Assembly: GCF_902459465.1 (NCBI RefSeq)
Contig: NC_047080.1
Span: 1,860,001 to 1,924,000, forward strand
Reading direction: 5' to 3'
Length of the DNA: 64,000 nt
DNA from: Asterias rubens
Taxonomy: Eukaryota
Shown here: piece after piece, positions 25,901 through 39,830 of the stretch
Position numbering within the stretch: position 1 is the first letter of the stretch
Layout: each line of letters starts with the position of its first letter
Program-made: the position numbers and the translations under genes
The notes under the pieces: generated by a model
Told to the model about the DNA's origin: nothing
Database searches by the model: none
What the model saw: the letters and a program-made list of their open reading frames with translations, nothing else

Positions 25901-28900
25901 AAATGTATTTGTTTGTACTTGTTTATGCCTCTGAAGAAGGTCCAGTTTGGATCGAAAGCTAAGGCCATCTACCCTACTCATTATAAAAAATAAATATACA
26001 CAAACAATCAACAACAAAAATCAACTAAACCATCTTTTTTGAGGGGTTTGGAGAAACTACTCTCAAAAATGAAGGAATTTATTTTCTCAAATTAGGAAGG
26101 AGACAACAAAAACGAAGTTTAGAAATACTGAGCACAAACAATTTTTCTTGACAACAAGAACTGAAGTTTATTGACGGAGTTGAACAGGTAGATTGGTCAA
26201 AAGTCTTTGACCAGTAAAGTTGCCAAGGAACATGGTCAACTGATTTCCTCTGAATTCGAGTATTGTGTGTTATATTCCTGTTTATTTTAAACAATGATTT
26301 CCATCTTTATTGCTTTCAGAGTTCAGCGAAACAAGAACACCAATCTGAAGTTCGATCAGAAATACTATATTTTTGGTGAGAAGCCTGAACGAGAAACGTA
26401 AGTTTTGTATCTTCAAATACTCTCTTGCACATACAAGTGTGGCAGGGCCCAGTGGTCTGGCGCACCTGAATCAAATTCTGGTGTTGTCAGGGAGTGAAGT
26501 TCAGGTCCAAGTCTTTGCACTAGTGACCATAATCACTTTGTCCTTCAGATGGGACGTGAAGCCGTATGTCCTGTGTTTTGTGTAACGTTGCTATTGACCC
26601 CAATGAACAAGACAAACATGGTTGACGGATGGTAGGCCGGCTGTAAACGAAGTGTCACCAATATTTATTTTTAGCGTAAAAAACAAAACTCCACTAGGAT
26701 CGAAGCGTCAGGCCATAAACAACTTTTTGCATTTATACCATTGGTCTGTCCAGTTGGTAAGCAGTTTGCAACATGAATGAAGTAATTTAGCATCTATTAC
26801 TGTTGCATATTTTTGCTTTGCCCGCTGCCAACACATAGGATTTGAACTGTCTCTAGCTACCGGGCAATCTCAGAAGTCTATTTGGTAAGCCACTGCTCTA
26901 GAGTTACAAAGGTTGTGGGTTCGAATCCCGCTCGAGTAATATACCTGTGATTTTTTTTTCACAGGACTCAGGAAAGTACCGAATACACAGTTTAAACACA
27001 CTGGTGTATATTGGTAAAACCAAAATAAATAACATGAATGAAGAAATAAACATTCTTGTTGGGTAATGAATATTGATTGGACTGAACCCAGTATGTCCTT
27101 TTTTTGTTTCTTTCTCTAACCAGGCACTTCCTGGCCCTTATTAGGCGGATCCTACAGGACGCCTTGGATGGTCTGCTCACAACAGCTGATGTAAGTCAAC
27201 CTCAGTAGTCCGTAGTCATAATTACCAATTGTCACCAAATAGGCCATTTCAATTCAAAACATTGGTGAAGGTTCACGCACATGCCCCGCGCTTTTGGAAC
27301 TCCCTCCCTTATCAAACTCATTCCGCATAGTCACTGGAAGTTTTCAAGAATGGTTTAAAAACTTTCCTGGACCAACTGTCTTTTATCATTGTTAGTGCCT
27401 CTATTTTTTCTTGTAAAGCGCTGGTAAGAGTGGATCTATAATGCCTGTTATTATGAAGTTTATACTTTTTCTGTCAAATATTTCCCCTCAAAAAGGAACC
27501 TTATCGAGAAAACTGTATCTGAAACCCTAAACAATAAAAACGCAACGACTGAGCTACAATGTAATTTTGGTTGTTAAAAACAAAGTTAAGGACAATGCAT
27601 GGAGCTGAGAAAGTTCACTTGAATGTTGTTGGCCCAATCACCAGGGCACTAATGAGACGATATTGTAAAAATACACTATAAGAACTAGTTATTATTATTA
27701 CTTAATCAAAACAAAAATCCTATACAATATGTTTGTACACTTGGTTGGCAATATTGTTTGCCAAACTGTGGTTCTCACATGAGAGTCGTTGTGTTAGGAA
27801 ACCAAAGAGTTTTCGTTAAAGTTCAAAAGATTGTTGAATAGAGAGAGAAAATCAGATAACATTTTGAAAGTTAAGATAGACACCTACATTTTTTATTGAT
27901 GTGGCCCGATCATAACACACTTTGAACCAACAATTGACTGTAAACTTATAATCACACAAATCTATCACGGTATTTCAAAACTTAACAAGACGTGGAAGTG
28001 ACTATTAGGCCTTTTTATGTAACTTGCGGAAAATACTTGCGTGGGATAATTTCAAAGGGGATCATTTAGGATTTGGGCTTGGGAAGTGCTCGTGATTTTA
28101 AATTTAGGCCATGCTGGATTTGTGTATTTAAAAAAACATGACTAATTGGGAACAGGTTATGGGGTTATTTGGGGTCATTATTTTGTAAAAGAAGAGTGCA
28201 CTCCACTTAATAGTGGCTGAAGCTGTGGGTGGGGTTTGCTTTTTTGAATTTAAAGGAGGAGCTCCAAGGTCAAACTTAGTTTTGTGATAAACTCATTTTT
28301 TAATAGGGACGAGCCTGAAGGAAAAAGGGAAAAGATAGAAATTTTGAACCTTGCGTTAAAACAGTGTAAAATGCCACTGTGTTGTCCCTTATAGTGCGAT
28401 TCACAAATCTGAAACTCTCGATGGCGTCACTTTTCAAATTAATGATCTGTGCATTTTTGTTCACTGAGGTTTTAGTTCATTCCTGAATTTGTTGATATTC
28501 AATCAAAATGCCATTGGCTTTTGACTGGCACAAAGTTTGTTTCAAAAACTAAAACAAGCAAACAGACAAACAAACATATAATTATGAGCCAAATGTCTAA
28601 GATACTGTCACAAATTTATGAAACTGCAGTTAAAATCATGATTTATCTCGGCTGTCATCAACTTTGGAGAGTTTGGGAAACAGTAGACACTAAAACAATA
28701 ATTTAAAGTGTAGGTCCCTTTTGTAAATCTTTTCCATAAATTTGATAAATTTTATTTTTCTTCCCCGAAATATTTGTTTAGCTTTACTATCGTCAGAAGG
28801 GTCTAAGGCCACCTACGAGATCCCATGCTATACATGAGTCGTTTGAGCAGTGCGCTGATGTTGTTGTGGCTAAGCTACAGTCGTATTTCATTCAGGCTGA

Positions 28901-31900
28901 TGAATATCACAATCAATGTCTTCAAGGTAAGTATTTCAGTTTCAGAATTGTAGATTTTTGCTTTTCAATTCTTTTTTTTGGGATTAGTTCGCCAAATGTG
29001 GATTCTAAACATAAAGAGTTGCATACCTTATGGTGAGCCCAGTATAGTACTGTCGGATAAATCTTGCTGACGAATTCCATTGGTTTTTTTTTATCCAGAA
29101 TTAAACCACAAGGGAAACTGACTGGGTAGATTTTAAACAATTGTGGTTGGAACAAAGGCAAATTGACTGGAGCGGGATTTGAACCAATGACCTCTGGACT
29201 TAACGGCACTCTACCATTTTGGCTATCTAGTCCTATTGTTGCCAGTCTCCCTATTAGTCAATATCTTCATTCGGGGGTACCACTCAGAATCCTTATAACC
29301 ATATCAATAATGGCCAATGTAACAACTTCTTTATACAATTTTCTTTCTACACCAGAATTCCGTGAGCAACTTGAGCGACTCGAGATCCTGAATGGCAGAG
29401 TGCCTCCACTGGTGATCCGAGAAATCTTAGACAAACATCTGACAATATCCAAGACGTCACTGTATGAGGTTTCTGAAGACTTCACAAATAACCTTGCGAG
29501 ATGGGATAAGGAACGGGTAAGAATGCATCGAGAAAGGAATTCTAGTTCCCTGTTTTCAATTGAAAGTAGGAATAGTCTAAAAAAGGAGAAAATTCATTAT
29601 TTTACGAAGAAATAAAACTAAAAAAAAGGTGACACCAAACAGTTGTCCAAGCATTTTCTTTTTTGTAATTTTATACCAAAACTAAACTCGTTTTTTGTTT
29701 TTTTGTTTATTAGTCTGAGCACAAGACGCTTCTACGCCCAACTCTAGGCCATCCACACAACCGCAACCAGCTACAGTCATTGTGTGACAGTGAGGAGACT
29801 CGTAAGAAAGACTACATGATCGGCGTGGAGACTAACTCCCAAAACCTCAAGGTAAGAGTTTAAAGCACTTATCTTAAAACAAATGGCGACTCTAGTTTAT
29901 ACATGAAATGTAATTCAGCAAAATATGATCATTCAATGTGATCATACTTCTTTAATACTGGTATCTTATATAGCCCTTTATTACACCATATGGGCGCATC
30001 AAAGCACTCAGTATTTTTTCCTGCAAGGTACATGTATGTGGAGCTAGGTTTTTGAAGTATTAGACCTACTTCTCTACGCAGCACCATGTTATGGTTTACA
30101 AGGTGCTGTGGCGCAATATTGCTGCCAATCAGACTAGGACAACGGGTGCCAACTCTTGTCTTTATGATAAGTTCACTGGGTACTTTACATGTCATTACAC
30201 CATACACAGGACCTATGACTTTACTTCCTTTATAAGAAGGACGAAGCAATAATGATTAAATGTCTTACTAAAAGACACAAGTGTCACTACCGAAACTCGT
30301 ACCCACACTCTGCAGATCAGAAACACCAGAGCTTGAGTCCAGTGGTCTTCTTTGCTCGGCCACGACATGCCACATTTTAGTCAGTTGTTGAATATTTTTC
30401 ATGAATTTATTTTGTAGGAATCGGCAAAGAATCTTGGGACAGACTTTGTTCAGGAGCTTGCCTCCGCATCAGAGAAACTACTCTTGATGTTTGACTCCTT
30501 GTTGACTGTTGATGAAGTAGAAATCGGTCGTAAGTACAATTTACAATTTATTTTTACTAAATGATTACATCAATAATAACGTACAAGTTACTTTTATCTT
30601 GGTCAAGACTTATATGTTTTTTACTGAAAGTTCATACAGCTCATATAAATTGCCTGAATGTTGAAATTTTGATTTGTCCAATTTACAAAGATTCTAATCT
30701 TGTTTCCTTTAAAAGGTGTTGATCCAAAGCGTCTCAAGACAAGCGCCCTCATGCGACGCAAGAAAGCCGGCCTACCCCTCGAGGACAACGAATACATTCC
30801 TCTTATAAAACGAGGTAGTCGCCAGTGGGTCGGAGTACCAGTCGATCAGCTGACCGGTAAGAATCGGCCGGCAAAACCCCAGCTCTCGGCCGCCATAACG
30901 ACGGGAAAGACCACATTGGCTCACCAGGCACTGGTGGATTCAAGAGATCAAGTGTACAAGGTGAGCAAACAACAGACAAACAGAAATAATTTAGCGTTCT
31001 TATATAGACGATGTGACCTATGTTTACATTCAAACAGCCCTCTGTTGACAAAACACTGTATACGTCATGTTTCGCTGGGCAAAAACACGCGTAGTCATGG
31101 TAAGATTGCATTACACTTTCTAGCTGGCTCCCAAAACACAAAGGTTTTGCCCGGCGGTATGCGCGCGAATCGCGCGTGTTATGGTTTTCGAGTGACGTCA
31201 GAGGTCACATCGTCTATAGCACTTCACAATAACTTTATGTTAGTGCCCTGTTCACTGGGCCAATAACATCACTTTAATCTTTCTTAGCTCCTTGAGGAGT
31301 ATACAGCCCCAAGCTGCCATTGCTCTCTGAAGGCTTTTTCATTCACAATATCAACCTCTACCCTCGCAGGTATCATTTATACCCATGGGTTAAGAGAAGC
31401 AACTATAGTAAATCATATTGATGAAGGACACTTGTAGGCTTTAGGACTGATTTTTTTAACAGTGGCGTTGTAACAAGAATGAAGTTTGACTTGGAACAAT
31501 AATTTTTAGAAGGAATCTACGTACTTGTGCACTGCAGAAAACTGGGGCTGTGTCTTGTAAACACAGAAAGTATGGAGGAGACTGTCTGACTGTATGCACT
31601 GTTCCTTTAAGCAGAGGCACCGCCTTGTAAAAGAAATGTGAATGAACAGGACAGCGCAGAGAGGAACTGAGATTTTCCTGTTGAAAACAGACTGCCCGAG
31701 TCTGGGTACTGTTCATTGTTCATTCATTACTTTTATCAGTGTTGGGACAATGTCCACAGGGAAACAGCTACCAAAACATGTCATCTCTGGGCTTCTGGCA
31801 AATGTTTTTCTTTTGAATTATTTATTTATGAGACCTGATCCATGGCACTAGGATGCTCCCAACAGTGTGGCAAATTTTTTTACAAAACGTAAAAAAAAAA

Positions 31901-34900
31901 GAATTATCACTCATAGTTTGATGCCCTACTCCAAAGCCAGACACTTCTCAGAAAATAGTGAGATGGCATTCAAATTTAAGAGAGCCGAGACGACATGCAT
32001 TGGAATGCAAGTTTGCTTTGAGATTATCAGCCATCAATTTCACCAAACTCTTTCCCGTATCTAAGAAGTTAGGATGCATTGAACCCATCCCAAGTTAGAA
32101 TGAGTTACTCATAACTCGGAGATAGGATTTTAGCATTTTGTGAAATCGGCTGCAGAGATGTTCAGAATGTTTGGCCGATTGCCAATGATGTTCACAGCCT
32201 TTGGGGAGAGTCGTGCAGAATGTCAAATCCCATAAGGAAAGACACCTTATGGTGGGCCTCAGGTCAATGTCTTCAGCCTGATTGGCCCTCGCAGATAAAG
32301 GAGGGGTCCAAACTGAGGGGGGGATTAAGCACAGGGGGTTTTATGAAAGAGGAAGAAACCATGGCAGCTGCCGAGCTATCAGGGCCTCCAGAGGGCCAAG
32401 AAACAGATTAGTCTAACCCCCTTTAAGGTTAACTCCAATATCCTCGCAATATCAAAACTGTATCATTCCAGATTAATCAGAAACAGATGTGGTGGGTCGT
32501 GATTGGGTGTGGGAGGGGGCGGGGGAGGCGGTTTTATAGGGAAAGGTACTTTACTACTGTCCTTGTACCGGAGTCATTAGCCTTTTCTCCTCCTCGAAAA
32601 AAAAATGTTAGTCATTGCACACTAATTACAAACATCCCAATTAGCCTAGATTTATTCTGTTTTCTGACATCTTCCTGTGTGCATGAATGTAGAGCTAAGA
32701 CAGGGGGCCAAGTTCACACAGGGACCGTTTGTTGACTTGAGGCTGATATTGCCCAGTACCCACCGATCGGAATCGAGGATTCAAGTTCGGGTGATGAAAA
32801 ACTGTGTTCTGTGTACAATTCTTTTAAGCAAGACACCTGAGAGGCTTTCAGTTCAAATCTTACAAACTTTGGTGACAATATTACTTTGCCCTTCTGGGAT
32901 CGCCACTTCGTGGGGAACAAAGCTCCTCTGGGACCCACTGGTGTCTCCCCTCCAACTCAAAGGCAAAGGGTCAGCCGGCAGAAGCCCTTGACCTTTCTGG
33001 TCGACCGAGCCACTTCTTAACTCACTAAATACTCCAAAAGTTCTCCGCTGATAACATTAGGGAACTTCAAGACAAACTACAATTATTCATCCACTCTAAA
33101 CGTCACTAAACACAGATTACAATTGCGCTGAAACACAACTGAAACACAGCTGAAACCACCACTGCCTGCCTGCCTTGTGTGTTATTTCCTGACCCAGTTT
33201 CTTGAGACCCCTACGCCTTCTATACGAAGACAGCCTTTTACATTGAGACAGCTGTTGTGTCTTATAACATTCCCAGCCTTTTATCAACATAGAATTACCG
33301 CCCTTTGTGGATACCCCTCCCCCACTCTATCGAAGGAGGCCATGTGGTCTACTGAACTTTTACCCCAGTACTCCTCTAGACTTTTCCCCCCCAAACCACC
33401 GGACTAGTTTGTTTGTCAGTGGGGAATGTGGTCCAGTAATTTTGCACAGTATACAGTAAATGTCTGTCAAATTTCTAGCAAAATAGGCCTAAAGAGGTTT
33501 TGTCTGTGTGTGAACATTTGCTCCTTGGCTTCATTTTTTTTGTTTTAAAAGAGTAGCTGAAATGCCGACTTTTACACACAATTCTCTCGAATGTTTGAGC
33601 AAATTCTCTGGAATCTTGTCCGACAAAAGTTTAAAACATCTTGAATGAATTAAAATAGGGCACAATTTTATAGAGCAGCTTTTAAGCAAAAAAAAAAAAA
33701 AAACTAAGTACGGCAATATTAAGCTTACCAGATTAAGGTTACCAGGCGAAATACCATTAAACAAATACCGTTACGCATCCTGGTATCCTGCATGTTTATG
33801 CTTAGCAAAAAAAATGTTCAGTATTATGTTCTGCTTAGGCAGCTCTATAAAATTGGGCCCAGGTTTTTATGGGCATGAACAAAAAACGAATCTAGTGCAA
33901 ACTGTGAACTCGTCCACATTTCATCACTGACTGTTACCCGAGGTAAATTGACACAGCCTAAGGTGTTTAGTCACCTGCCTGGTTCCCTGGGCTGGCTGGT
34001 TACCATGGGAATGATTCCGGGTTACAAATGTCGTCCCATGATAAGCCCTGAAAGACCGAGTCCCTAGCGTCAGACGGTGGACAGGTCCGCGGGGAAAGCC
34101 CTGGGTGCTATTTGCATCTCAATTTTAGTGCATTTACCTGCAACGTCTGCCTTGTTCTTTTCTTTTTCATATTCAAAACATAAAATATTGCTCTGTTCTT
34201 TAGGGCTGGTTTCTGAGGTCATGTTGAAAGCTGTCAAGGTTTGATGCTTGTTTGATTGAGAAAAGTTTATGGTCCCATTTGGGAAAGCAGTTTGGGAATT
34301 AGGAACTTAAATTTGAAGGGTTCTTTTTGATTAGTATGTGGGTGTGATTGCTTAGAGGAGCTCCCAATTGGATCCCAGTCATGCCAGTACAAAGTTATAT
34401 TGCTGGGTTTTTTCAGTTCTATTGTATGTTCATAAGATATACCCATGTCCATGCCATATTCCACAGCTGTGCTGTAAAGGTTTCTAAGAATATATACAGG
34501 TGTACTCAGGCAAAAATACATTAAAAATTGACATTATCAGTGTGATGCCCTGAGAGCAAACAGGTGGTTATTGAATTTAACTATCGCCAAAAGGGGGGAG
34601 GTCTCCCAAATCCAAGAATAAGCAAGAAAATACCAAACCAAAATGCAGCACAATCACAATTTAAAAAGCCTAACATAACAAAATGAAAAATCACAGTGAG
34701 TCTTTCAAATGAGTTAAAAAAAAAAACAAAAAAACTTAGGCATCATTCAGAGTACTCCAGCTAGGAGCAAATGACAGGGGATTAAAAATATTTAAATACG
34801 TTGGTATGGGGCGGACTTGGATTCAAAACAGGCATGAAAGATTTAACTGTGTGCTTTATTGATGGTGTGTATTCTACTGCTATTTCAGTGATTACAGAGC

Positions 34901-36253
34901 AGTTATGGAGCTTGGGGTTTTTTCTCTGTCAGAATTTTTGTAAAAACAAATTTACCATGTATCTTTTCTTTCAAAACAAGAAATACCTTTAGGACTTGCG
35001 TGTCATTCCATTTTTAAGTATCATATCAATGTCTTATAGAATTTGCGGTAGTTAAACGAGAATGCCTTTTAAAAAAGTAGTCGGAAATGACACTACTGAT
35101 TTGTCAACATCCTGAAAACTGTAAAAAGGGTCGTTTTGGGTCATTTTGGGTCAGTTTGGTTAATCCCGACTGGATTAATACTTCACGAAAGTATTGGCCA
35201 ATTCCTGGTCTTATTAAGCGGCACTTAATTAAGTTGATTTTATCACTTGCACGATTTATTGACGTTGCCTTGAAATGTTTTATCACTTGCTAGAGAGGTC
35301 CATGACATTTACCCGAATGAGAAATTTCGGACTTATCTGAATTCAGACTTCTGAAGCTTGGTTCATATGGTTCGTAAGGGAGTTTTGCCCAAACCCTCAT
35401 AAATACACCAGATGTTGTTGTACAACACATGTACCTGTACTGTAGGAATTGTGATCAGGCTGCGGTTTTTTCTCTCCAATTTGGAAAGATTTTCGAATCC
35501 TGCCACCACTTTTGCACTCCATGTTAAAAAAGATTTGTTTTCATTTCATTAAAGCCATTGGACCCTTTCGGAACAGAAAAAAAAAAAGTTCACAGATTTA
35601 CAAATAATTTACAGGGTTTACAGAAGGTAATGGTGAAAGACTTCTCTAGAAATATTAGTCCATGAAATGCTTTACTTTTTGAGAAAACGGTAAAACAATA
35701 TAAATTCTTGTTAGTGAGAATTACGGATTTGTTATAAACACATGTCATGACGCGCGAAAACAGGAGTGGGTTTTCCCGTTATTTTCTCCCGACTCCGATG
35801 TCCGATTGAGCCTAAATTTCCACAGGATTGTTATTTTATATATAAGTTGTGATACACGAAGTGTGGGACTTGGACAATACTGTTTACCGAAAGTGTATAA
35901 TGGCTTTAAATTAGGTACTAGTTTGTTTCATAACAAATGAAAAGGTGGTAGGATAGGGGAAAACAAAATTCTAGAAATGTTGAGAAAGATTGCCAAATAC
36001 GAGGCACACTTTCTCACACTCATGACCAACATGGTTGTCAGATTTGGTATATTGTCCTGAAAATTTGTTATTGATAAACCTAAAAGCGAAATTAAGATTC
36101 CATTCTTACCTTTTCTTCCTGCAGGAATACTTGACTGCATTTGACAAGAACCTGGCTGAGATTGACCAACAGAGGGATGAGCAGTTAACAGCAGAGTCAA
36201 GATGGCTTGAAAGCTGGCAGAAATCCGTCCAGAAAGTCAAAGATTTGTATTAA
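10979..36253 (+). CDS. CCDC180: Coiled-coil domain-containing protein 180 (DUF4455/DUF4456; ciliary/flagellar protein), 32 exons, 4719 nt, about 1572 aa
   Basis: Exons: 10979-11053, 11568-11755, 11967-12055, 12462-12571, 13015-13081, 13227-13264, 13784-13918, 14459-14718, 15020-15139, 15656-15824, 16145-16267, 16568-16741, 17226-17341, 18106-18232, 18843-18995, 19688-19735, 20177-20427, 20839-20920, 21083-21357, 21645-21791, 22442-22618, 23356-23539, 24179-24477, 25552-25788, 26320-26397, 27124-27190, 28782-28926, 29356-29516, 29714-29851, 30418-30529, 30716-30960, 36125-36253. All are GT-AG and phase-compatible. Motifs VPSGKIYRQLFDAEVQLV, AAREVRGL, ELDLRLHLH, LFSDGGNFSPEE, RGSRQW and RWLESWQKSV match recalled CCDC180. 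Confidence 0.93.
17570..17645 (+). mobile_element. tRNA-derived SINE head
   Basis: gagtggtctagg...ggttcaaatccc followed by ttgtgtccttgagcgagacact. Relatives occur at about 130-300, 13560-13735, 18420-18500, 26430-26640, 26820-27030, 30270-30370 and 58610-58730. Confidence 0.7.
21960..22325. repeat. 99-bp minisatellite, about 3.5 copies
   Basis: caaaa(c/t)cagtgg...gtaggagggttgactgtgaactgtgag starts at 22072, 22171 and 22270, with a degenerate copy at 21961. Confidence 0.88.
22866..23098. mobile_element. MITE with ~27-bp terminal inverted repeats
   Basis: gggtgcattcgtattagcttccctggg ... ccagggaagctaaacgaacgcaccc. Confidence 0.75.
24924..25074. mobile_element. MITE with ~33-bp terminal inverted repeats
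   Basis: gagtgttttggcgaccccaaccaaaaactgttt ... aaacagtttttggttggggtcgccaaaacgcactc. Confidence 0.8.
31003..31218. mobile_element. Tc1/mariner-type MITE (TA-flanked)
   Basis: TA-tagacgatgtgacct ... aggtcacatcgtcta-TA. Confidence 0.75.
35549..35909. mobile_element. Kolobok-like non-autonomous DNA transposon
   Basis: TTAA-AGCCATTGGACCCTTTCGG ... CCGAAAGTGTATAATGGCT-TTAA. Confidence 0.75.
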
Positions 36254-38784
36254 AAGAAGAAGGCATGGAAACTGCCTTCGATTTCCATCTTAAATATTGT
36301 AGAATTTGTAAATATTTGAAGCAATAAGTTACTATGTTTGGAGGAGTGAAAAACAGGCACCATTTTGAATTTGTGTTGATGGTGGTGTGGGTCAGGGTAC
36401 CAGCTGCATTGTAAGCTCCATAAGGACTATGTGGAAGTGTAGTTGGTAACCTATCACATCTTCTGAGCAAGGAATAACTGTGGTGAACAAAATATAATAA
36501 AGAATTACCTTTTTCATGAAAAGCAGTTTACAGGTTACATTTTTAAAAGAGTATTTTATTTGAAATTTTCATTAGAATTTGCAAAAAAGGGCAGTAAGAT
36601 TTTCATGTACATATACTAATGGGAAGTAAGCCTCAAGTATTTTTTCTTGTACTTGAATAATGTGACTTTTTCCATGTATTCTACCACTTCAGCAACACAA
36701 CTATTAAGTTCTTGAAGCAATTGGGAATCCAGGGTAATAAGAGTATTGTTATAAGAGGTAATGCACTAAATGCCTGGCACAAAAAGTAGCTAAGAACAAC
36801 AAAATTATGCTTACCAGATTAAGGTTACCATCCAAACCACCATGTTATAAGTATAATTTGTGACTGGTATCCTGCCTATTTCTACTAAGCAAAGAAATGT
36901 TAAGCAATATGTTTTTTTGGCTTCAGCAGCTCTATGAAATTTGGCCTTGGTGATGATCTGCCGACACTAAATATCGAGGGGTATTACTTTGTCTATAAAA
37001 TTTGATTTTCAACATGATGACAATTTGAAATTCCGTCCGTTAGTACATTCCATCCACATTAAAATATTGTTCAAAGTTTGTGTATATATTTATTTAAAAA
37101 AAAACATATTCCTCACATGCCGTCCATCCAGTTTTGAGGTTTACCAAATTCTATGTAAATGAAAAATTTGTTTATGTGACCTAAAAATGATGCCTTTAAT
37201 TTAACTACTGAAAATTCTGTTTGTACTGGGTTTTTAATAGTACCATTTTAGGTCAAATATATGTTGTATAATAAACATTGTTTGTTAAAAAAGCAAATCT
37301 TTTGCTGTATTAACTTTTTTCCTTGTGAGTTTCTTTACAAGTTTAAGTGAGAAAGAAAACATGACGAATTGGATAGAAGCTGCAAGGTATAAAAGACATA
37401 AACAAGATTTCTTTCAATTGTTATTTCAATTTATTGTGTATCCAGATACACACAGCATGGTTCATACCCAACAATATCATGCAAAAAATCCGCTTAATTT
37501 TACAGTATAAAAAAACACTTTTCATACAAAAACGGTTATGTACATGTACAAATTTGAAGAGTTCCCATTAAAAGCATGGGACCTTCAGCTACAAGGCAAC
37601 TGTGTGCTTCAACTACTGAAGAAAGCCGATCATAGTTCCTATACGATCTTTATAAAGTTACAGCTAGTTTATTTTCAATTTCAAAAATCCAGGAATTCTA
37701 CCTTTAAGAAGAACATAACTTTAGCGCAGAAACTAGGTTGTACAAGTTTTTCTTCAAAATGTAGGGTTTTGACAATTTAAATTATTTGCATCAGAATTTG
37801 TATATACTATACCCGGACCCTGCATATTAAAAAGTATACAGTTTTAATTGAAAGGCACCAGTCTATTTTGAATACAGCCTCATCATACTCAACACATTTT
37901 AGCTAGGATAGGGGGTCTTATCCTAAACACTGGGTTCAGGTCCAGCTCCTTGTTATGTACGTGCAGCAATACCAAAGGTATCCAAACGAGCTGGGCACCA
38001 TACTCAATGAGGGTACCTAAGCTGGTGTTGAAAACCATGTTTTTGGAAAAATCTGTTCTAGGTAACCACAGTAAAGCCTACAATAAGCTTTTTAGGTGTA
38101 TCTTAAAGCAGTTGATGAAAAGGAGCTAAGCTCAACAAAAATTCTGTTTATAAAAATATGGTTACCAAACAAAACACCCATGTAAAATGCACCATTCTCT
38201 CTGTAACTAGTATCCTGTTAGTTTATGCTTAGCAAAAGAAATTTAAGCAATATTTTCAAGATTATTAAATGACCATGGAGTTCCAGAAACCACACAATAA
38301 ACAACTATTTCAAAATGCAAAATATTAAAATGCAAGGCACACAAAATATAAATGATGTTATTGCTTATTTTTTTGTTTACATTGCTGATGAGTTGTGATT
38401 TAAAAAAGAAGGCACAGCAATCGACAAAAACAAGAATAAAAAAAATGATTGAAATCTTGAAAAAAAGTATTAAATACTACGAAAACTTTAAGTACATAAT
38501 AGTTACAGGAGTTCTACACAAACATGTATGCTACAATGAAAAATCCTTCAGAACCATACATCTTTCTTAAATGTTTATGGTAAAAAATAAAGCATTTTGT
38601 GGCACACAAGGATTAAGTGGTTTAGCACACATAAAAAGATATAAATAGCCAAGACTGCAAGTAACAAAAACTAGAAAACATCACACATAAATAGAGAAAA
38701 GCTGAACTAATCTAGATTACACAAACAACCTGTTTTACGATAGCAAAACTAACATGTGGATTGGATCTTGCTCCATATTAAATA

Positions 38785-39820
38785 TGTAACACACACACGA
38801 ACTGACTCAGTGCAAAAGAATTTAACTTTTAAACAACCACTTTTAATGCTCTTCACAGCTCTTTCTTCGTCAAGATATTAAACAAACTTTAACTTTTAGC
38901 AAAAAATTGCAAACTGCAATAAAACTCTAACAGCTGTATACTAACTATTGGCCAATAGTAATAAACAATCTCAAAACACTAGGATCCTAGATTTATCAGT
39001 TCACGAAGTCAATTCCGCGATTAATATCCGATTTATCAGTTCACGAGTTCAATTCCGCGGTTAATATCAAGGATACGGGCACTGTAATTCCTCCTCCACT
39101 CGACACCTTGCAGCTACATGTACAGATGTAGGTACGCAGTAGGTCAAATAGTTCAGAAGTCCCGGGGAAACTTGTTGCAGCTAGGTAGTACGTCTAGACC
39201 CAGTCCAGCAGTCCACGCATTCCACAGTCCAGCAGACAGCGAGTCCAGATGTGGAAGGTCCGCAGTTTCATTCGTCACCAAGTACCAACACTCCAACAGT
39301 TTAGAGTTTATTCAACTTGAGAAGCTGATTATTCATAGAGAAGATCTAAGATTGTAGATCTGAGATCTGAGAGCAAAATATCCACAAAAATGCAATCACT
39401 ATTTGCTGGACATTAATATGCTTTATAAACCTTTAAAAACAAGCCATATAATTATTTGTAGTATCCCCCAGATTTAACCAAAATAATCATCCATAAGCAC
39501 ATGTGAAAAACATGAGGCTTGAAAACTCTTTAGGAAATGATTTATAATAAAACCAACTCTTACCTGAGAGCCAACAACTGCCAATAAATCTTTACTGGTT
39601 TGCAGGAACACAAAACCTGCTAACAGGAGGTTATTATTTCTCCCTCAACTATTATATTTCAAAAACAAAACGATGAGCAAACTTTTACATGACATGCATA
39701 ACAACAAACATGTCTGCCATAAAAACACTCTCACATGGCCTGGACATCTCCAGTCAATTGAGGGCGCTTTCACCTGTTCCAGCCTTGAGGGCGCTATCAC
39801 CTTTTGAGCTCTGGGCTACA
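38785..39820 (-). repeat. 3' LTR (1036 bp)
   Basis: Identical to 46463-47498 on manual comparison except 39459 T/47137 C and 39801 C/47479 A. Confidence 0.97.
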
Positions 39821-39830
39821 TCCTCCCCTT
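39821..39830 (-). other. Polypurine tract (AAGGGGAGGA)
   Basis: Lies directly between the pol stop codon (39833-39831) and the TG of the 3' LTR. Confidence 0.9.

Noticed and set aside
30961-31266. C-terminal half of the 188-aa ORF 30700-31266
   Set aside because: Homology to CCDC180 stops at the AAG|GTGAG donor (30960); the rest is intron and a MITE.
33960-34140. Possible self-cleaving ribozyme or snoRNA in the CCDC180 last intron
   Set aside because: It has local stems (catggga/tcccatg) but I could not fit the hammerhead CUGANGA/GAAA core, twister or HDV topology, or C/D boxes. A weak terminal inverted repeat suggests an old MITE. An Infernal/Rfam scan would settle it.
39118-39357. Identical 79-aa ORFs at 39118-39357 and 46796-47035
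   Set aside because: They are antisense to the element and duplicated only because they lie in the LTRs; no recognisable domain.
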